NCBI RefSeq assembly: GCF_963921235.1
Contig: NC_086109.1
Span: forward strand, 9,736,001 to 9,800,000
Direction: 5' to 3'
Source of the DNA: Mobula hypostoma
Taxonomy: Eukaryota
Length of the DNA stretch: 64,000 bases
The first letter of the stretch is position 1. Each line of letters opens with the position of its first letter. Positions 1 through 11,494 of this stretch are shown in pieces. A program made the position numbers and the translations under genes. Under the pieces are notes generated by a model. It had not been told where the DNA came from. It searched no databases and worked only from the letters and a program-made list of their open reading frames with translations.

Positions 1-51
1 CTGCCGGTACTGTAAAGCGTTGTGCTAACCACCTTGCTACTGTGTCGCCCC
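1..51 (-). mobile_element. 5' tRNA-derived head of a V-SINE (HE1-like), cut by the window edge
   Basis: Reverse complement matches the head of the full copy at 57393-57698. Confidence 0.7.
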
Positions 52-487
52 ACTAAGCCACCGTACAGTGCAAACAAAGATGAAACTGCATGTGTGGCTT
101 TAAACAAAGCACCAGTGACTCTCCCATATCCGTGAAAGGTCTGTATAAAAATGACTCAACAAAACTCCCTTCACACCCCAACTGCTGATGCTGAGATCAG
201 GAAGCTTTGATGTGAATGGTAAATTGGTAAATTGATTTATTATTGCCACATGTGCCAAGGTACAGTGACAAGCCTGTTTTGCATGCCACCCATACAGATC
301 TTTTCATAGCAGCAGTGAATTGAGGTAGTGCAAGGAAAAATGACAGAATGCAGAATAAAGTGTTGTACCTAGAGACATAGAATTTAGATTTAAGAGCAGA
401 CCGGTGATAATAGAAGTGACAAGCAGATTTAGAGAGAGCAGTTTACAATGATTCAATTGCACTCCAGTGCCAAGTATCCATTACTCA

Positions 488-768
488 CTTAAAGAGGACT
501 AGCTTTGTTTGTCACATGTACGTCAAAGCATACCGTGAACCGTGTCGCTTGCGTCAAATCAAATCAGCGAGGGTCGTGCTGGGGACCGCCCGAAAGGTCA
601 CCATGCTTCCAACAGCAATAAAGCATGCCCATAACTTACTAACCAGTATGTCCTTGGAATGTGGGAGGAAACTGGAGCACTAGGGGAGAATGTGAAAACT
701 CATTAGAGACAGCGGCAAGAATCGGAACCCTGATAAAGCGATTGCGCCAGCTGCTACAGTACCGTGCC
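488..768 (-). mobile_element. V-SINE-like element with a Rex1-type 3' tail
   Basis: Contains the ggaatgtgggaggaaactggagcac body shared with other V-SINE copies, a degenerate tRNA head near 720-768, and the tail agctttgtttgtcacatgtac. Confidence 0.6.
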
Positions 769-1026
769 ATCCCCGCCACCAATGTGAGACTGATTCAAAG
801 TATGGAATCAGGCCCTTCAGCCCACTGAATCAATACTGTCCTTTTAACAGCCATTTACACAAATCCTGTTGTATTCTCCCCACATCCCAATCAGCTCCCC
901 CAGGGTTCTAACACTCACCCATTCACTCGGGCCAACATACAGAAGGCTTTCCAACACCGCTGAGTATCCTGACCTCATGACACTAAGTCACTAAGTGTGC
1001 AAAGAGCTTTACACAGTTTATTCCTT

Positions 1027-1080
1027 TGTGTGTGTATGTATATGTATATATAAATCTATCACACACACACAGACACACAT
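1027..1080. repeat. Compound (TG)n/(TA)n/(CA)n microsatellite in the intron before the Rab exon
   Basis: Directly visible. Confidence 0.85.
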
Positions 1081-1143
1081 ACTTGCTGCTGACAAGGGAT
1101 GGAAAGATGTTTAAATCTAAACCTGTTTTTCCCTCTTTCCTAG

Positions 1144-1227
1144 ATTTCCGAAGAGAAAGACATGTACTTAACAAACTCCATCTCCCTGGGAGACCAGGAC
1201 ACAACAGAGAGACGGAAATGTTGTTGA
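1144..1227 (+). CDS. RAB7B: Terminal coding exon of a Rab GTPase, most similar to RAB7B (ISEEKDMYLTNSISLGDQDTTERRKCC*); upstream exons lie outside the window
   Basis: Strong acceptor (ctaaacctgtttttccctctttcctag|) at 1143/1144, then a phase-0 reading of 27 codons ending in the di-cysteine geranylgeranylation motif CC and TGA at 1225-1227. LTNSISL...RKCC aligns with the recalled human RAB7B tail YQSILENHLTESIKLSPDQSRSRCC at the same spacing. No search was run. Confidence 0.7.
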   Translation: MSEEKDMYLTNSISLGDQDTTERRKCC

Positions 1228-1394
1228 ATCTTGGGAGTTGAAAGCCAAGGTTTGGAATCTATTTTAAAGATATGTTGGGATTCTGAGCTCTCCAAGTATT
1301 TATTTTTCTAAGGATCGGTGAAATCTGCAGTTTGACATTTAAATTATTATAATGAAGCATGTCTTTATGTAAATTCCATACGAGGTCAACACAT

Positions 1395-2150
1395 TCAGAA
1401 CACCACTGTTAGACTTTTCTCCAAAGTCAGGATGAGGGAGTATACCACTCCCGTCCTTACTATTCTGCATCGGCTTCCTGTATCTTTTAGATTTGATTTT
1501 AAAGTTCTCTTACTTGTTTTTAAAGCTTTTAATGGTCTGGGACCGGACTACATCACAGAAAGGCTTTTGCTTTGTAATCCCGCTCGAGCTCTCAGGTCAT
1601 CTTCCGCTGTTCTCTTAAATTTAAACAATCTTCCTCAAAAGATGATCGGCAAGTCAACACTCACAAAATGCTGGAGGAACTCAGCAGGCCAGACAGCATC
1701 TGTGGAAAAAGAGTACAGTTGACGTTTCGAGCCGAGACTCTTCATCAGGATTTGATGATGAAGCAGTCCTGGTGAAGGGTCTCAGCCTGAAACGTCGACT
1801 GTTTACTCTTTTCCATCGATGCTGCCTGGCCTGCTGAGTTCCTCCAGCATTTTGTGTGTGTTCCTCGGATTTCCAACATCTGCAGATTTCCTCTTGTTTG
1901 TGACTGGCAGGTCAGCTTCTTTTTGAACTATGCTCCTACACCGTGGAATTCAATACCTAAAGCTATAAGGGATGCAGTATCGGATGACACTTTTAAACAC
2001 CAGCTCAAAACCTATTTATTTAACCTTGCTTTGAACGGACATCATTTTGTCTTTTATTTTCGTGTTTGCACTTTATCCCATTGTAAAGCACTTTGAATGA
2101 CAACGTCTGTATGAAAAGTGCTCTATAAACAAATTATTATTATTATTATT
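1395..2150 (+). mobile_element. L2 (LINE2) 3' end, interrupted by a fold-back Penelope-type insertion
   Basis: TPVLTILHRLPVSFRFDFKVLLLVFKAFNGLGPDY and, after the insertion, NYAPTPWNSIPKAIRDAVSDDTFKHQLKTYLF are typical L2 ORF2 C-terminal motifs. (TTA)n tail at about 2135-2150. Confidence 0.85.
1655..1902. mobile_element. Fold-back (inverted) Penelope-type terminal repeat with hammerhead motifs on both strands
   Basis: Inverted arms at about 1657-1751 and 1764-1862. The minus strand reads CTGATGAA-GAGT-CTCG-GCTC-GAAACGTC; the plus strand reads CAGTC-CTGGTGAA-GGGTCTCAGCCT-GAAACGTC-GACTG. Imperfect flanking duplication tgatcggcaagtca / tgactggcaggtca. Confidence 0.85.
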
Positions 2151-2894
2151 ATACAGCACTTGTTCCCAAGTATCAAAAGTTTTAATTGAAAGATAAGTAA
2201 AACCATTCAGCAGATAAATCTTGAAGATTAAATGACACCAAGGTTCAATTGATTTGGTGACTGGACAAAATAAATCTTTTATATACTGTATATACTGCAT
2301 TGAGTTCTACCAGGAGCCAATAACTCAACAGGTAGGGTTGTGGAGCCTTGGTGAATGGCAATGGAGTGAATTTCCCAGAGGATTCCTGCCAACGTATCTT
2401 GTGGTACTTCACACGACTTTGCACTGGTTTATCATCACTCAACAGATTATATTGAAGAACAGTACTAGAAAGCAGAACATGAGACAAGGAGTTGACATAA
2501 TTCAATGTAAAACATATTATTCCAACAAGGATAAGTGCTATGTTCATTTGGGCTTCATGCCATGGTTACACTGAAAACCATGTCTCAGAAAATAATTCTC
2601 TTAATCTTTGAAAGTAATCTCATAGCAAAGCTAAAAGGGTTCTGCTCCCTTATTTCACAATTGCTGCTGGTTGAACGGAAATAAATTAATCTTTTTTTGC
2701 ATCAAATGTGGCATTAACTTTGGCGGACTTCTGTGGCCTAGGAAGGATGAGTGGAATAAGCTGGTCTCCTTCACTTACTTGGCAAGAGCTATAAGCAGAA
2801 TTGGGTTTATAATCACTGGATATGTCATTGTGAAATACGTTGTTTTGCGGTAGCATTACAGTGCAATACATAAAAAAAACTGTGTTACAATAAC

Positions 2895-3289
2895 TTACTG
2901 CCCATTATGCTGCTGGTATTTAGGGCAACAATGAAGATCCTCCAACTCTCGGTGCGTTCAGGGCTTCCTTCGTCGTGTCAGTAGCTTCCTGTCAGTTTTC
3001 ACTATTGCAAGCCCCAGGAGGAGGCTCAGGAATACCATCGCACTCAGATGTAGGAAGATTCTTCATTTCTGTTTCCGTAACAGTTTGACCAGTCAGGGTT
3101 GTTAGCCCCTGAGCTAAACCCGTAAACCTAGAGGACTGGTGGACCACTTTTACTGTGGCCTCTGCCCTTTGTCCTGTTTGAGATGGGTGAACCAAACACA
3201 GAGCCCTGACCCAGCTGACGTAGCTCTCCGGGCCATTGAGGCACGCAAGTCTCCAAACCCTACGACAAGGTTGTGGTCCTCTTGGAGGA
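2895..3289 (-). mobile_element. Non-autonomous RTE derivative (RTE/Expander-like 5' UTR joined to a 3' end)
   Basis: Reverse complement of the copy at 14643-15135; the head resembles Expander/Rex3-type 5' UTRs. Confidence 0.6.
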
Positions 3290-3449
3290 AGCTACAATGA
3301 AAAACTTATTTTTAAAAAAGGAGTGAAAACAGAAAGCAAAGCAGTGATGTAGAGTTCCAGTGCAGCCAAACTCTTCTCTTGATATGAAAGTTGAAAATTA
3401 CTGCACACATGCTTTTAGATTTCTGGATGTCAACATAGAAATGCTCCAA

Positions 3450-3650
3450 ATGCTTTACAGTGCCAGCGACCCGGGTTCAATTCCCACCGCTGTCTGTAAG
3501 GAGTTTGTACGTTCTCCCCATGACCATCTGAGTTTCGTTCTTGTGCTCTTACATTCCAAAGATGTAGGTTAATTAGCCATTTGGGTGTAATTTGGTGGAA
3601 GGGCTCATTGAGCCAGAAGGGCCTGTAGTTGTTCTGTATCTCTAAATTTA
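3450..3650 (+). mobile_element. V-SINE, 5'-clipped
   Basis: gctttacagtgccagcgacccgggttcaattcccaccgctgtctgtaaggagtttgtacgttctcccc, containing box B GGTTCAATTCC. Confidence 0.75.
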
Positions 3651-4698
3651 AAAAAAATTAGGGATTTTCAGAATGCTTATTGCCTAGATTTTACCCTCCT
3701 GGACTATCTTTTTTAACATGGTTAATTTTAATAACAAAGAATTTAGAAAAAAGGAATAGACCAGAAATAGCATTCCTGCCATCAAAGAAATGTTGCAAAG
3801 AGACTGTTATCAGGTTAACACCACACCAAGTCATTCCATATCACTGGGTGCTTCTTGTAATCAGAATGTTTTTTTAAGGCAGAAGTTGATAGATACTTCT
3901 AAGCAAAGGGGTTGAAGGGTGCAGTGGGTAGACAAGAGTGCAGTGGAGAGGTACAATCAGATCTGCCCTGAACTTCTGAAAGCCCAGGTATGAGGGACTG
4001 AGTGGCCTGGTTCTGCTCTTACTTTGCACGTTTGGCTGTAACAGGGAGGCTGACAGATAATGCACAGGCTTGTTCTCAGTGTGACATGGGGAATACAAGA
4101 GACGGCAGATGCTGGAATCTGGAGCAACAGGCAGTCCACAGGAGGAGCTTAGTGGGTCACGTGGCAACGGTTGTGAGGAGGGTACGAAGTAAGGGATTCA
4201 AGATTCAAAATTCGGGGCTCAGGTTTGGAACGTAACTGTACATTGAAACGCACAGTGAAGTCCGCCATTTGCGTTACCAACCAACACATCTAAGGATACG
4301 CTGGAGGAAGCCCCGCAAGTGTCGCTACACATTCAGCCGCCAACGTGGCGTGTGCGCAAAGATCGGCAGAGCAACGCAGAACACAACGAGCAACAGAACG
4401 ACAACAGTAAAACAAGCGCCGTTCCTCCCTCCCACCCACGTGCGCACACCATTCTCTAATCCAAAGGCAGTCCGCCTTCTTCAGCCTCCTGCCTCCCGTG
4501 GACTTGGATTCGGATGCAGATACACAGAAATTGGGCCTTCAGCTACCCCTGCAGACCTTCAGAGATTCTTAGACTCGGGGCTCCAGACAAGGAGCTTTGA
4601 TCCTCTTTAAAGATACTGCTTGACCCGCTGGGTTCATCCAGCAGATTGTTTTTAACTCCAGATTCCAAAAAGGACCTAGTGCTTCCCCCGGTGTATAT

Positions 4699-5389
4699 GA
4701 TGGATAAACTCTTCTCGGGTTTCCAGTCGGGTACAGGTATCAATTTTAACCAATGTTTTGATGACAGATTCTGTCACCTTCAGCAGGGATGATGCCTTGG
4801 CATGTCCAGTTCAGTGGTATACATACTCCATTGTCCACAAACCCGTAAGGAAGCTCAAATCCCAGTCTATGTGGGTGAAAGACATCCTGGGACTCAGGAC
4901 GGTTGGCGTTTACAGGATTCCCTGTGAATGCAGAGCAGTGTACGTTGGCTAGAACAGACACATAGTAGGAACCCGTATCAAGGAACGGAGGAGGTGTATC
5001 CATTTGGGTTACCCAGAAAATTGGTGGTAGCAGAACATTGCATTTGCAATAGCCGTAGGATTGACTTCGATGGCACAAAACAACGGTGCTGTGCCAATAA
5101 CGCCGAGTGAAGGGACCCATTGAAATAAAGCTAGAGAAAAAGAATTTTGACAAAGATGAAGCTCTCGATCTGAGTAAGAACTAGAATTCAATTGTAAACA
5201 AGGTTTGACAGCAGAAACCTGATAGTTAGTCCTCAACGAATCAGGAGGGACAGACGATGGGGCTACATATACCAGCAGACTGGACGTGCCAAGGCATCGC
5301 CCTGATGAAGATGGCAGAGCTTGTCATCAAATCATCAGTTAAAATCGATACCTGTACCCGGCTGGCAGCCCAAGAAGAGTTTATTTGTC
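4699..5389 (+). mobile_element. 5'-truncated Penelope (Poseidon-like) retroelement: GIY-YIG endonuclease remnant between about 135 bp inverted pseudo-LTRs
   Basis: GVYRIPCECRAVYVG...TRIKE...VAEHC...IEIKLEKKNF is a GIY-YIG domain. 4699-4835 is the reverse complement of 5253-5389, and each arm has a degenerate hammerhead (CCTGATGAAGATGGCAGAGCTTGTCATCAAATCATC on +). Confidence 0.9.
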
Positions 5390-5699
5390 CAGTTTCCAAC
5401 GTCTGCAGCCTCTTGTGTCTCTAGCTGCTTCACTAAATTTCTCAACGCACCAGTACTTTGATTAGAGAGACTCCGCTCTGTTCAAAGTTTCAACTGGTCT
5501 TAAACCACTGCAACTCTGATTTCACTAGCTATGTTTGGATAGTTTTTATTTTGTCGGTATGCTGTGTTCTGCCTACACAGAAGGACATAATGTTCTGATC
5601 TTTGAACGGTCTGAGTTTGTTCCTGTACTTTTCATCAGGAGACAAGATCAAAACAACCTGCGCCAGTGCTTTTTACATTTCTGTTCCCAGCGAGAGCAG

Positions 5700-6240
5700 A
5701 TCCACTATAGGAAGGATGTTGAGGCTTTGAAGAGCGTGCAGAAGAGGTTTACCGGGATGCTGTCTGGTTGAGAAGGCGTGCGCTATCATGAGAGGTTGGT
5801 TAGACTTGGGTTGTTTTCTGTGGAGCATCAGCAGCTGAGGAGAGATCAGATAGAGGTTTATAAGGTTATGAGAGATAAAGATAGAGTAGGCAGGGAGGAA
5901 CTGTTTCCCAGGGTTGGGATGTCTAATTCCAGAGGGCATACATTGAAGGTGAGAGGGGGTAGGTTCAAGAGGGATGTGAGGGGTAAGTTATTTTACTCAG
6001 AGAGAGGTGGATGCCTGGAATGCTCTGCCTGGTATGGTGGTAGAGGCAAGTACATTAGAGGTTTTTAAGAGATGTTTGGATAGGCACATGGATGTAAGGA
6101 AGATGGAGGGATATGGACATTGTGTAGGTAGGAGGGATTAGTGCTTGGGTGTTTTTGATTTGATTTTTAGATGGTTTGGCACAACACTGTGGGCTAAATG
6201 GCCTGTTCCTTTGCTGCACAGTTCTATATTCTAAGTTCTA
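5700..6240 (+). mobile_element. CR1 LINE 3' end
   Basis: HYRKDVEALKSVQKRFTGMLSG...YHERLVRLGLFSVE...SRGHTLKV, followed by a ttcta-type tail. Confidence 0.9.
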
Positions 6241-6469
6241 CTGACTGGAGACACCACATGCCACAGGTGCTGGAACCTGGAGCAACACTCAATCTGCTGG
6301 AAGAACTCAGCAGGTCAGGCAGCATCCATAGGGGGAAGGGAATTGTCAATGTGTCAGGTCAACACACTGCATCCAGACCCTGCCTGAGCGTTCCAACACA
6401 AAACGTTGACAATTCCTTGCAGAAGGGGCAGCACGGTAGCGTAAAAACAGACAAATGTTAAAGAAACAG

Positions 6470-6695
6470 TAAAAAAAAATGGCGCCAATGTGCCACAAGA
6501 TGTGAAAAGGAACAACAATATCAGCACCGTACCACCCAGCTACAAATGACTTGGCAGAAAGGTTTGTCCAGAGTCTAAAGAACGTGCAGCACTAACACTG
6601 AATCAGAAGCTTGCCAACTTCCTCCTTGCATGTCGCAATGCAGCCCACTCCACAACAACTCACCAACTATGTGCCTGGATCCCCTTCGGCGTTGG
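6470..6695 (+). mobile_element. Gypsy LTR-retrotransposon integrase fragment (left of the L1 insertion)
   Basis: Translates to SAPYHPATNDLAERFVQSLKN...LNQKLANFLLACRNAAHSTT, the YHP(x)4G(x)AER integrase motif. Confidence 0.85.
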
Positions 6696-6699
6696 TATT

Positions 6700-8957
6700 T
6701 ACCAATAATTAAAGATCTCCCTTTTTTCAAGTTGTTTCACAGCACCAGGCAAGGTTGTCCTCTTAGTCTATTGCTATTTGATATTGCTTTAGAACCTTTG
6801 GCCATTGCTATTTGTGAATCAACTAATATATTTGGTATCACCTGTGGGAATGAAACACATAAGTTATCACTAAACACTGATGATTTATTACTATGTATTT
6901 CTAACGCTGAAAAATCTATTCCAGCACTACTATCCTTGCTTGATAAGTTTAGTAATTTTTCGGGCTATAAATTGAACCTTAATAAGAGTGAACTCTACCC
7001 TTTAAATATGCAGGTTCCAATTTATAGATGTTCACCATTCAGACTGGTTAATTGATTATTTTACTGATCTGGGTGTTAAAATTACTAAGAAACATAAGGA
7101 TTTATTTAAGCATAATTTTTTACCTTTAATTGATCAAATTAATCAAATTTTTATTAAATGATCCCCATTGTTTCTATCAATGCTTGGTCGAATTAACGCT
7201 ATTAAGATGATTCTCCTACCAAAATTTTTATACTTGTTTCAAGCATTATCAATTTTTATTTCTAAATCCTTTTTTGATACTTTAGATTCTAAAATCTCTT
7301 CATATATATGGCAGAACAAAAATCCTAGATTAAGTAAAAAAAATATTTACAGGAGTCAAAAAAGGATGGTGGTTTGGCTTTACCAAATTTTAGATTTTAC
7401 TTTTGGGCAATTAATATCCGATATTTAATATTTTGGACACAAGATTTGGATATAACTTTACGCCCACAATGGGTAAACCTGGAATGTAAATCTATACAAG
7501 GGTTTTCTTTGACTTCCATTTTAGGGACTTCTTTACTATTTGTTATTTCTAAATTAATGGTTAATCCAATAATTAAACATACAATACGCATATGGTTTAA
7601 ATTTCATAAATTTTTTGGCTTGACCCAATTTATTTTATCAAGCCCTATTACGTCTAATTTTTTCTTTCAACCTTCTATTATAGATCAAGCTTTTTCAGTA
7701 TGGAAAATGAAGGGTATATTAAGCTTTCATGATTTATTTTTGGATAACTGTTTCATGTCTTTTGAACAGTTATCTAATAAATATAATTTGCCTAGATCTC
7801 ACGTTTTCAGATATTTACAAATTAGAAACTTTTAAAATATTAATTTACCCACATTTCCAACTTCACATTCAATTGATATTACGGAAAAAATTCTAAGTGT
7901 AAATCCTTTTCAGAAGGGTTTAATAGCATTCGTTTATGATTTGAATATGAAAATAAATTCAGGTATATCTGATAAAATTAAGATTGAATGGGAAGGAGAA
8001 CTCCAACTTCATTTACCTATAGAAAAATGGGAAAAAAATTCTCAATTAGTTAACATGTCCTCTTTATGTGCTAAACATACATTGATACAATTTAAGGTGG
8101 TGCATAGGGCACATATGTCTAAAGACAAATTAACTCGTTTCTATTCACATATAAGCCCAATTTGTGATAGACGCCACTCTGAAGTTGCTTCCTTGACTCA
8201 TATGTTTTGGTCTTGCCCTTTCTTGCATAAATATTGGAAAGATATCTTTGATATTATTTCTACTGTTTTGCGTATTAATTTACAACCACACCCTGTTACT
8301 GCAATTTTTGGGTTACCAATGACGGAAGATGGTTACTTATCCCCTTCAGCCTGTCGGATGATTGCTTTTTTAACATTAATGGCTAGATAATTTGTCTTAT
8401 TGAACTGGAAAGAGGTCAATCCCCCTACTACATTTCAATGGTTTTCTCAAACTATGTGTTGTTTAAATTTAGAGAATATTAGAAGTGGCACCTCTGACCC
8501 TTCGATTAAATTTGAAGAAACTTGGGGACCATTTATCAACATTTCCATAGGATGTAGTTTGACCTTTTCAAATTTTTTTTAAAAACTTAAAATACATGGA
8601 TAGAGGAGTGGAATTAACGACATTAATGATTCTATCCAATGTAATATGTTAGCTTGTCTTTTTATTTCCATAGTTTTGTTTTTAGTTTTATTTAGTTTAG
8701 GTTAATATTGCTTAGTTTAATTAATATGCCTTTTTTTTCTTTTCTAATTTGGGTTTTTATTTTAGATTTTTTCTCATTTATCCCTTTACCATGTTTAATT
8801 ATATTTAGAATTTGGGAAACTTTATACATCTGTATTATTACCAATGCTATATTTACAATGTTAATTATTAATAATGTAATCCCAATCTCTGTTCATTAAT
8901 ATTGTTGTTATGTTTATAATTTCAAAAATTAATAAAAAGATTGGAAAAGAAAGAAAG
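6700..8957 (+). mobile_element. L1-clade LINE, 5'-truncated, decayed ORF2 (RT and C-terminal zinc knuckle) plus 3' UTR
   Basis: TRQGCPLSLLLFDIALEPLAIAI, HKLSLNTDDLLL, SGYKLNLNKSE, LSMLGRINAIKMILLPKFLYLFQ and CDRRHSEVASLTHMFWSCP. AATAAA and an A/G-rich tail at about 8930-8957. Multiple stops and frameshifts. Confidence 0.92.
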
Positions 8958-9708
8958 GTGGGTACTTGGAGAAACCAGGGACAGAATTGGACCACTCTCC
9001 TACTCAGTGGGGATTTTGTCTGTTGTCACCTGGAGACGACACATCAATCAGTTGAGGACAGCAGAATGAATTGTTGAAGGGGGAAGGTTTCCAGAGCTGT
9101 TGGATCCACTTCCTGCAGTCCCAGAGTCAACTCGCACAACACCACAGAGGAGGCCCTAGCAGCTGAGATTTTTTCATAGCCAGGCAGAGTGACCACCCAC
9201 TCGTCAGGAAAGACGTTTTCCTACATGAGTCCGAAATCCTCCACAGTGATTACATTTTTAGGCTTGAAAGGGACAATTTAAAATTTACCATGCTATGGTA
9301 TCCCACAAAATTAAGAAAATTTCCCAGAGTGATTAAAACTTTAGGCCAGAATGTGACAATTAAAAGTTACATTCTGTAGATGTCTATATAGTAGTTGTAT
9401 TATATGATATACCGCGTCTATAGTTGAGAAGCATTCTATATTAAGTTGGAGTTCATAGCTAAGCAGGGAGATGTATTGTGCATTTAATATTAGAGTAATA
9501 TTGTAAATATATTGTTTGATTAAGCATTCTTTGTATTTTACATAATTCATTATGGGTTATATGTAAAAGTATGTGAATGGCATACGTTATTACACCACCA
9601 CATCATAAATGTGCGCTGCACTTAAAATTAAAAATGAAATTAGCCACAAGTTATCTCTGGCTCTAGCGTGTTCTTCTTTTGATTAATTTCTGGAGTTACT
9701 AAACTTAC
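8958..9708 (+). mobile_element. Gypsy 3' internal region, polypurine tract and 3' LTR
   Basis: WVLG...GPLSYSV...WRRHINQLR is a Gypsy pol C-terminus. PPT aagcagggag at 9461-9470 is followed by an LTR (about 9472-9708) similar to the reverse complements at 22866-23112 and 31869-31966. Confidence 0.8.
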
Positions 9709-9711
9709 CCC

Positions 9712-10252
9712 TGCTTTCTCCTCCAGGCTCCTCAGAGCTCCTCGTCCAGACCAGATTTCCAAAATTGGTGAAATTATTCCAACTCATTCCTGCTCGGACC
9801 AGAGCCTCATGCCGTGGCATCGCCGGCTACAGCCACCTAGGGGAGGAGCCGCTGGAGGCGGTGTGGGAAAGAACAGAGGTGTGACGAGTACTCTGGAGCT
9901 GTTGTCCGTGCTGCATTGGGGCTGACCCCTTCCGTAGGTGCTGCTCTCCAGTTTTCACTATGTGGAGGACCAGCTGATTGCTCGCGGCAGACCCAGCATG
10001 AGACGAGCCGATTTACTCAACCAGCGCGACAAGAGGAATGGCTGCGTACTTGTTCAACACACATCCCATTCACCATTAATCTCCAGGCCATTTCACTCAG
10101 GGACTTGTGCTAACAATTTTTTTTTTTTTGCGACTGTATGTGCTGGATTGTAACTACATGTGTCGTGTGTGACTGTTTGCGCCCTGCCCTCAGATGATTG
10201 CGGTTTTATTTAGTTGTATACATGTGTATGGTTGAATGACAATTAAATTTGG
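9712..10252 (+). mobile_element. Probable non-coding retroposon with a GC/CpG-rich body and a Rex1-type tail
   Basis: Ends in tacatgtgtatggttgaatgacaattaaa, the tail also seen in reverse at 17680, 27390 and 60120. The body is GC-rich with no recognisable protein. Confidence 0.45.
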
Positions 10253-10617
10253 ACAGCCCAGATATCCAAAACCACTGGCAATTTACAACCGGTAAAAGAT
10301 CTTTTTACACAGAGTGGTGGGTGCATGGAACACGCTGCCAGAGGTGGTGGTAGAGGCAGATATATTAGGGATATTTAAAAAATCTCTGAGGCACAGAGAT
10401 GACAGAAAATGGAGGGCTATGCGGGAAGGAAAGGTTAGACTGATCTTCGAGTAAGTTAAAAGGTCAGCACAACATTGTGGGCCGAAGGGCCTGTACTATG
10501 CTTTAATGTTCCATCTATGTAAGATTGACATTAAGTTGCACTTATTAACTATAAATATTCTTTTTCACAAGCAACTTAATGGCAGTCAATTTATGTTTCC
10601 CAATCAATGTTTCCCAA

Positions 10618-10830
10618 CACTGTAAGGAGTTTGTACGTTCTGCCCGTGACTGCGTGGGTTTCCTCTGGGTGCTCCAGTTGCCTTCCACAGTCCAAAAATG
10701 TATCGATTGGGAGGTTAATGGCTCATTGTAAATTGTCCCATGATTGGGGTTATATTGGGGGTTGCTGGGCATCAGGCTCAAAGGGTCAGACAGACCCATA
10801 CCACACTGTATCCCAATAAACAAATAGAAA
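10618..10830 (+). mobile_element. V-SINE body and tail
   Basis: ctgtaaggagtttgtacgttctgcccgtgactgcgtgggtttcctctgggtgctccagtt...aataaacaaata. Confidence 0.75.
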
Positions 10831-11494
10831 TAATAGATTTAAACAGATTTTAAATCCTGGTTTTCAGGTCTTTCTGTGACATTGCTCACCTTGATTTCCC
10901 GGTATTCTCTGTTGCACAATTCGACTCGCTTTGTCCGAACATCACCGATATTTTTCCCATTGGAAGCCCCACTCTTCCCAGACTCTGTTGTCCATTGTAT
11001 CCGACAATGGCAGTTAGATTTGTGCAGTTTGTGGATGATGTTAACTGCAGGAAGAAACCTGTACGGGAGAGTGTTTTAAGTGGAAAAGCTGCTGCACCGG
11101 GACATTTCCACTCTCTTGACCTCAGAAGTCCATTGGTGCAGGTAGTCGTCACATCTGAGGGCTTTCCTAGTTACGGTAGATGACCATGAATTCTTCTGTG
11201 CCTTGGCATGCCCTTCGCTCTCCACAAGGTATTACCGAACTGACTTCCTGGCCGTTGGATCTGATTGTAGATTTCATCCACCCATTCTGCCGGAGCTGAC
11301 GCCACATGCTAGGACAGGAGGCCCCTACCTCAGTAAGGTGAGATGCCTGCCAGTTACCCTCACCTGGTTTAGCCCACCTGGTGAAGCAGTAACAGGTCTC
11401 TGCTGTTTCTTCCCTTAAATCTTCCTGCTTCAAAGTTCTGTGTTCTTCAAATGCCAAACTTACTCTTTGATCAAACATTTATTTAACCTTCTGG

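Noticed and set aside
983..1241. Listed ORFs 983-1204 (-) and 1026-1241 (+), and a possible minus-strand exon at about 1083-1186
   Set aside because: They run through a microsatellite and are better explained as off-frame or antisense readings of the Rab terminal exon.
2245..2574. Overlapping 100-106 aa ORFs on both strands
   Set aside because: No recognisable domain and no consistent splice phase; probably 3' UTR or flanking DNA.
9708..9822. Minus-strand first-exon candidate MPRHEALVRAGMSWNNF... ending at a GTAAGT donor
   Set aside because: The donor coincides with the decayed end of the Gypsy LTR, the body looks like a retroposon, and the peptide is unrecognisable.
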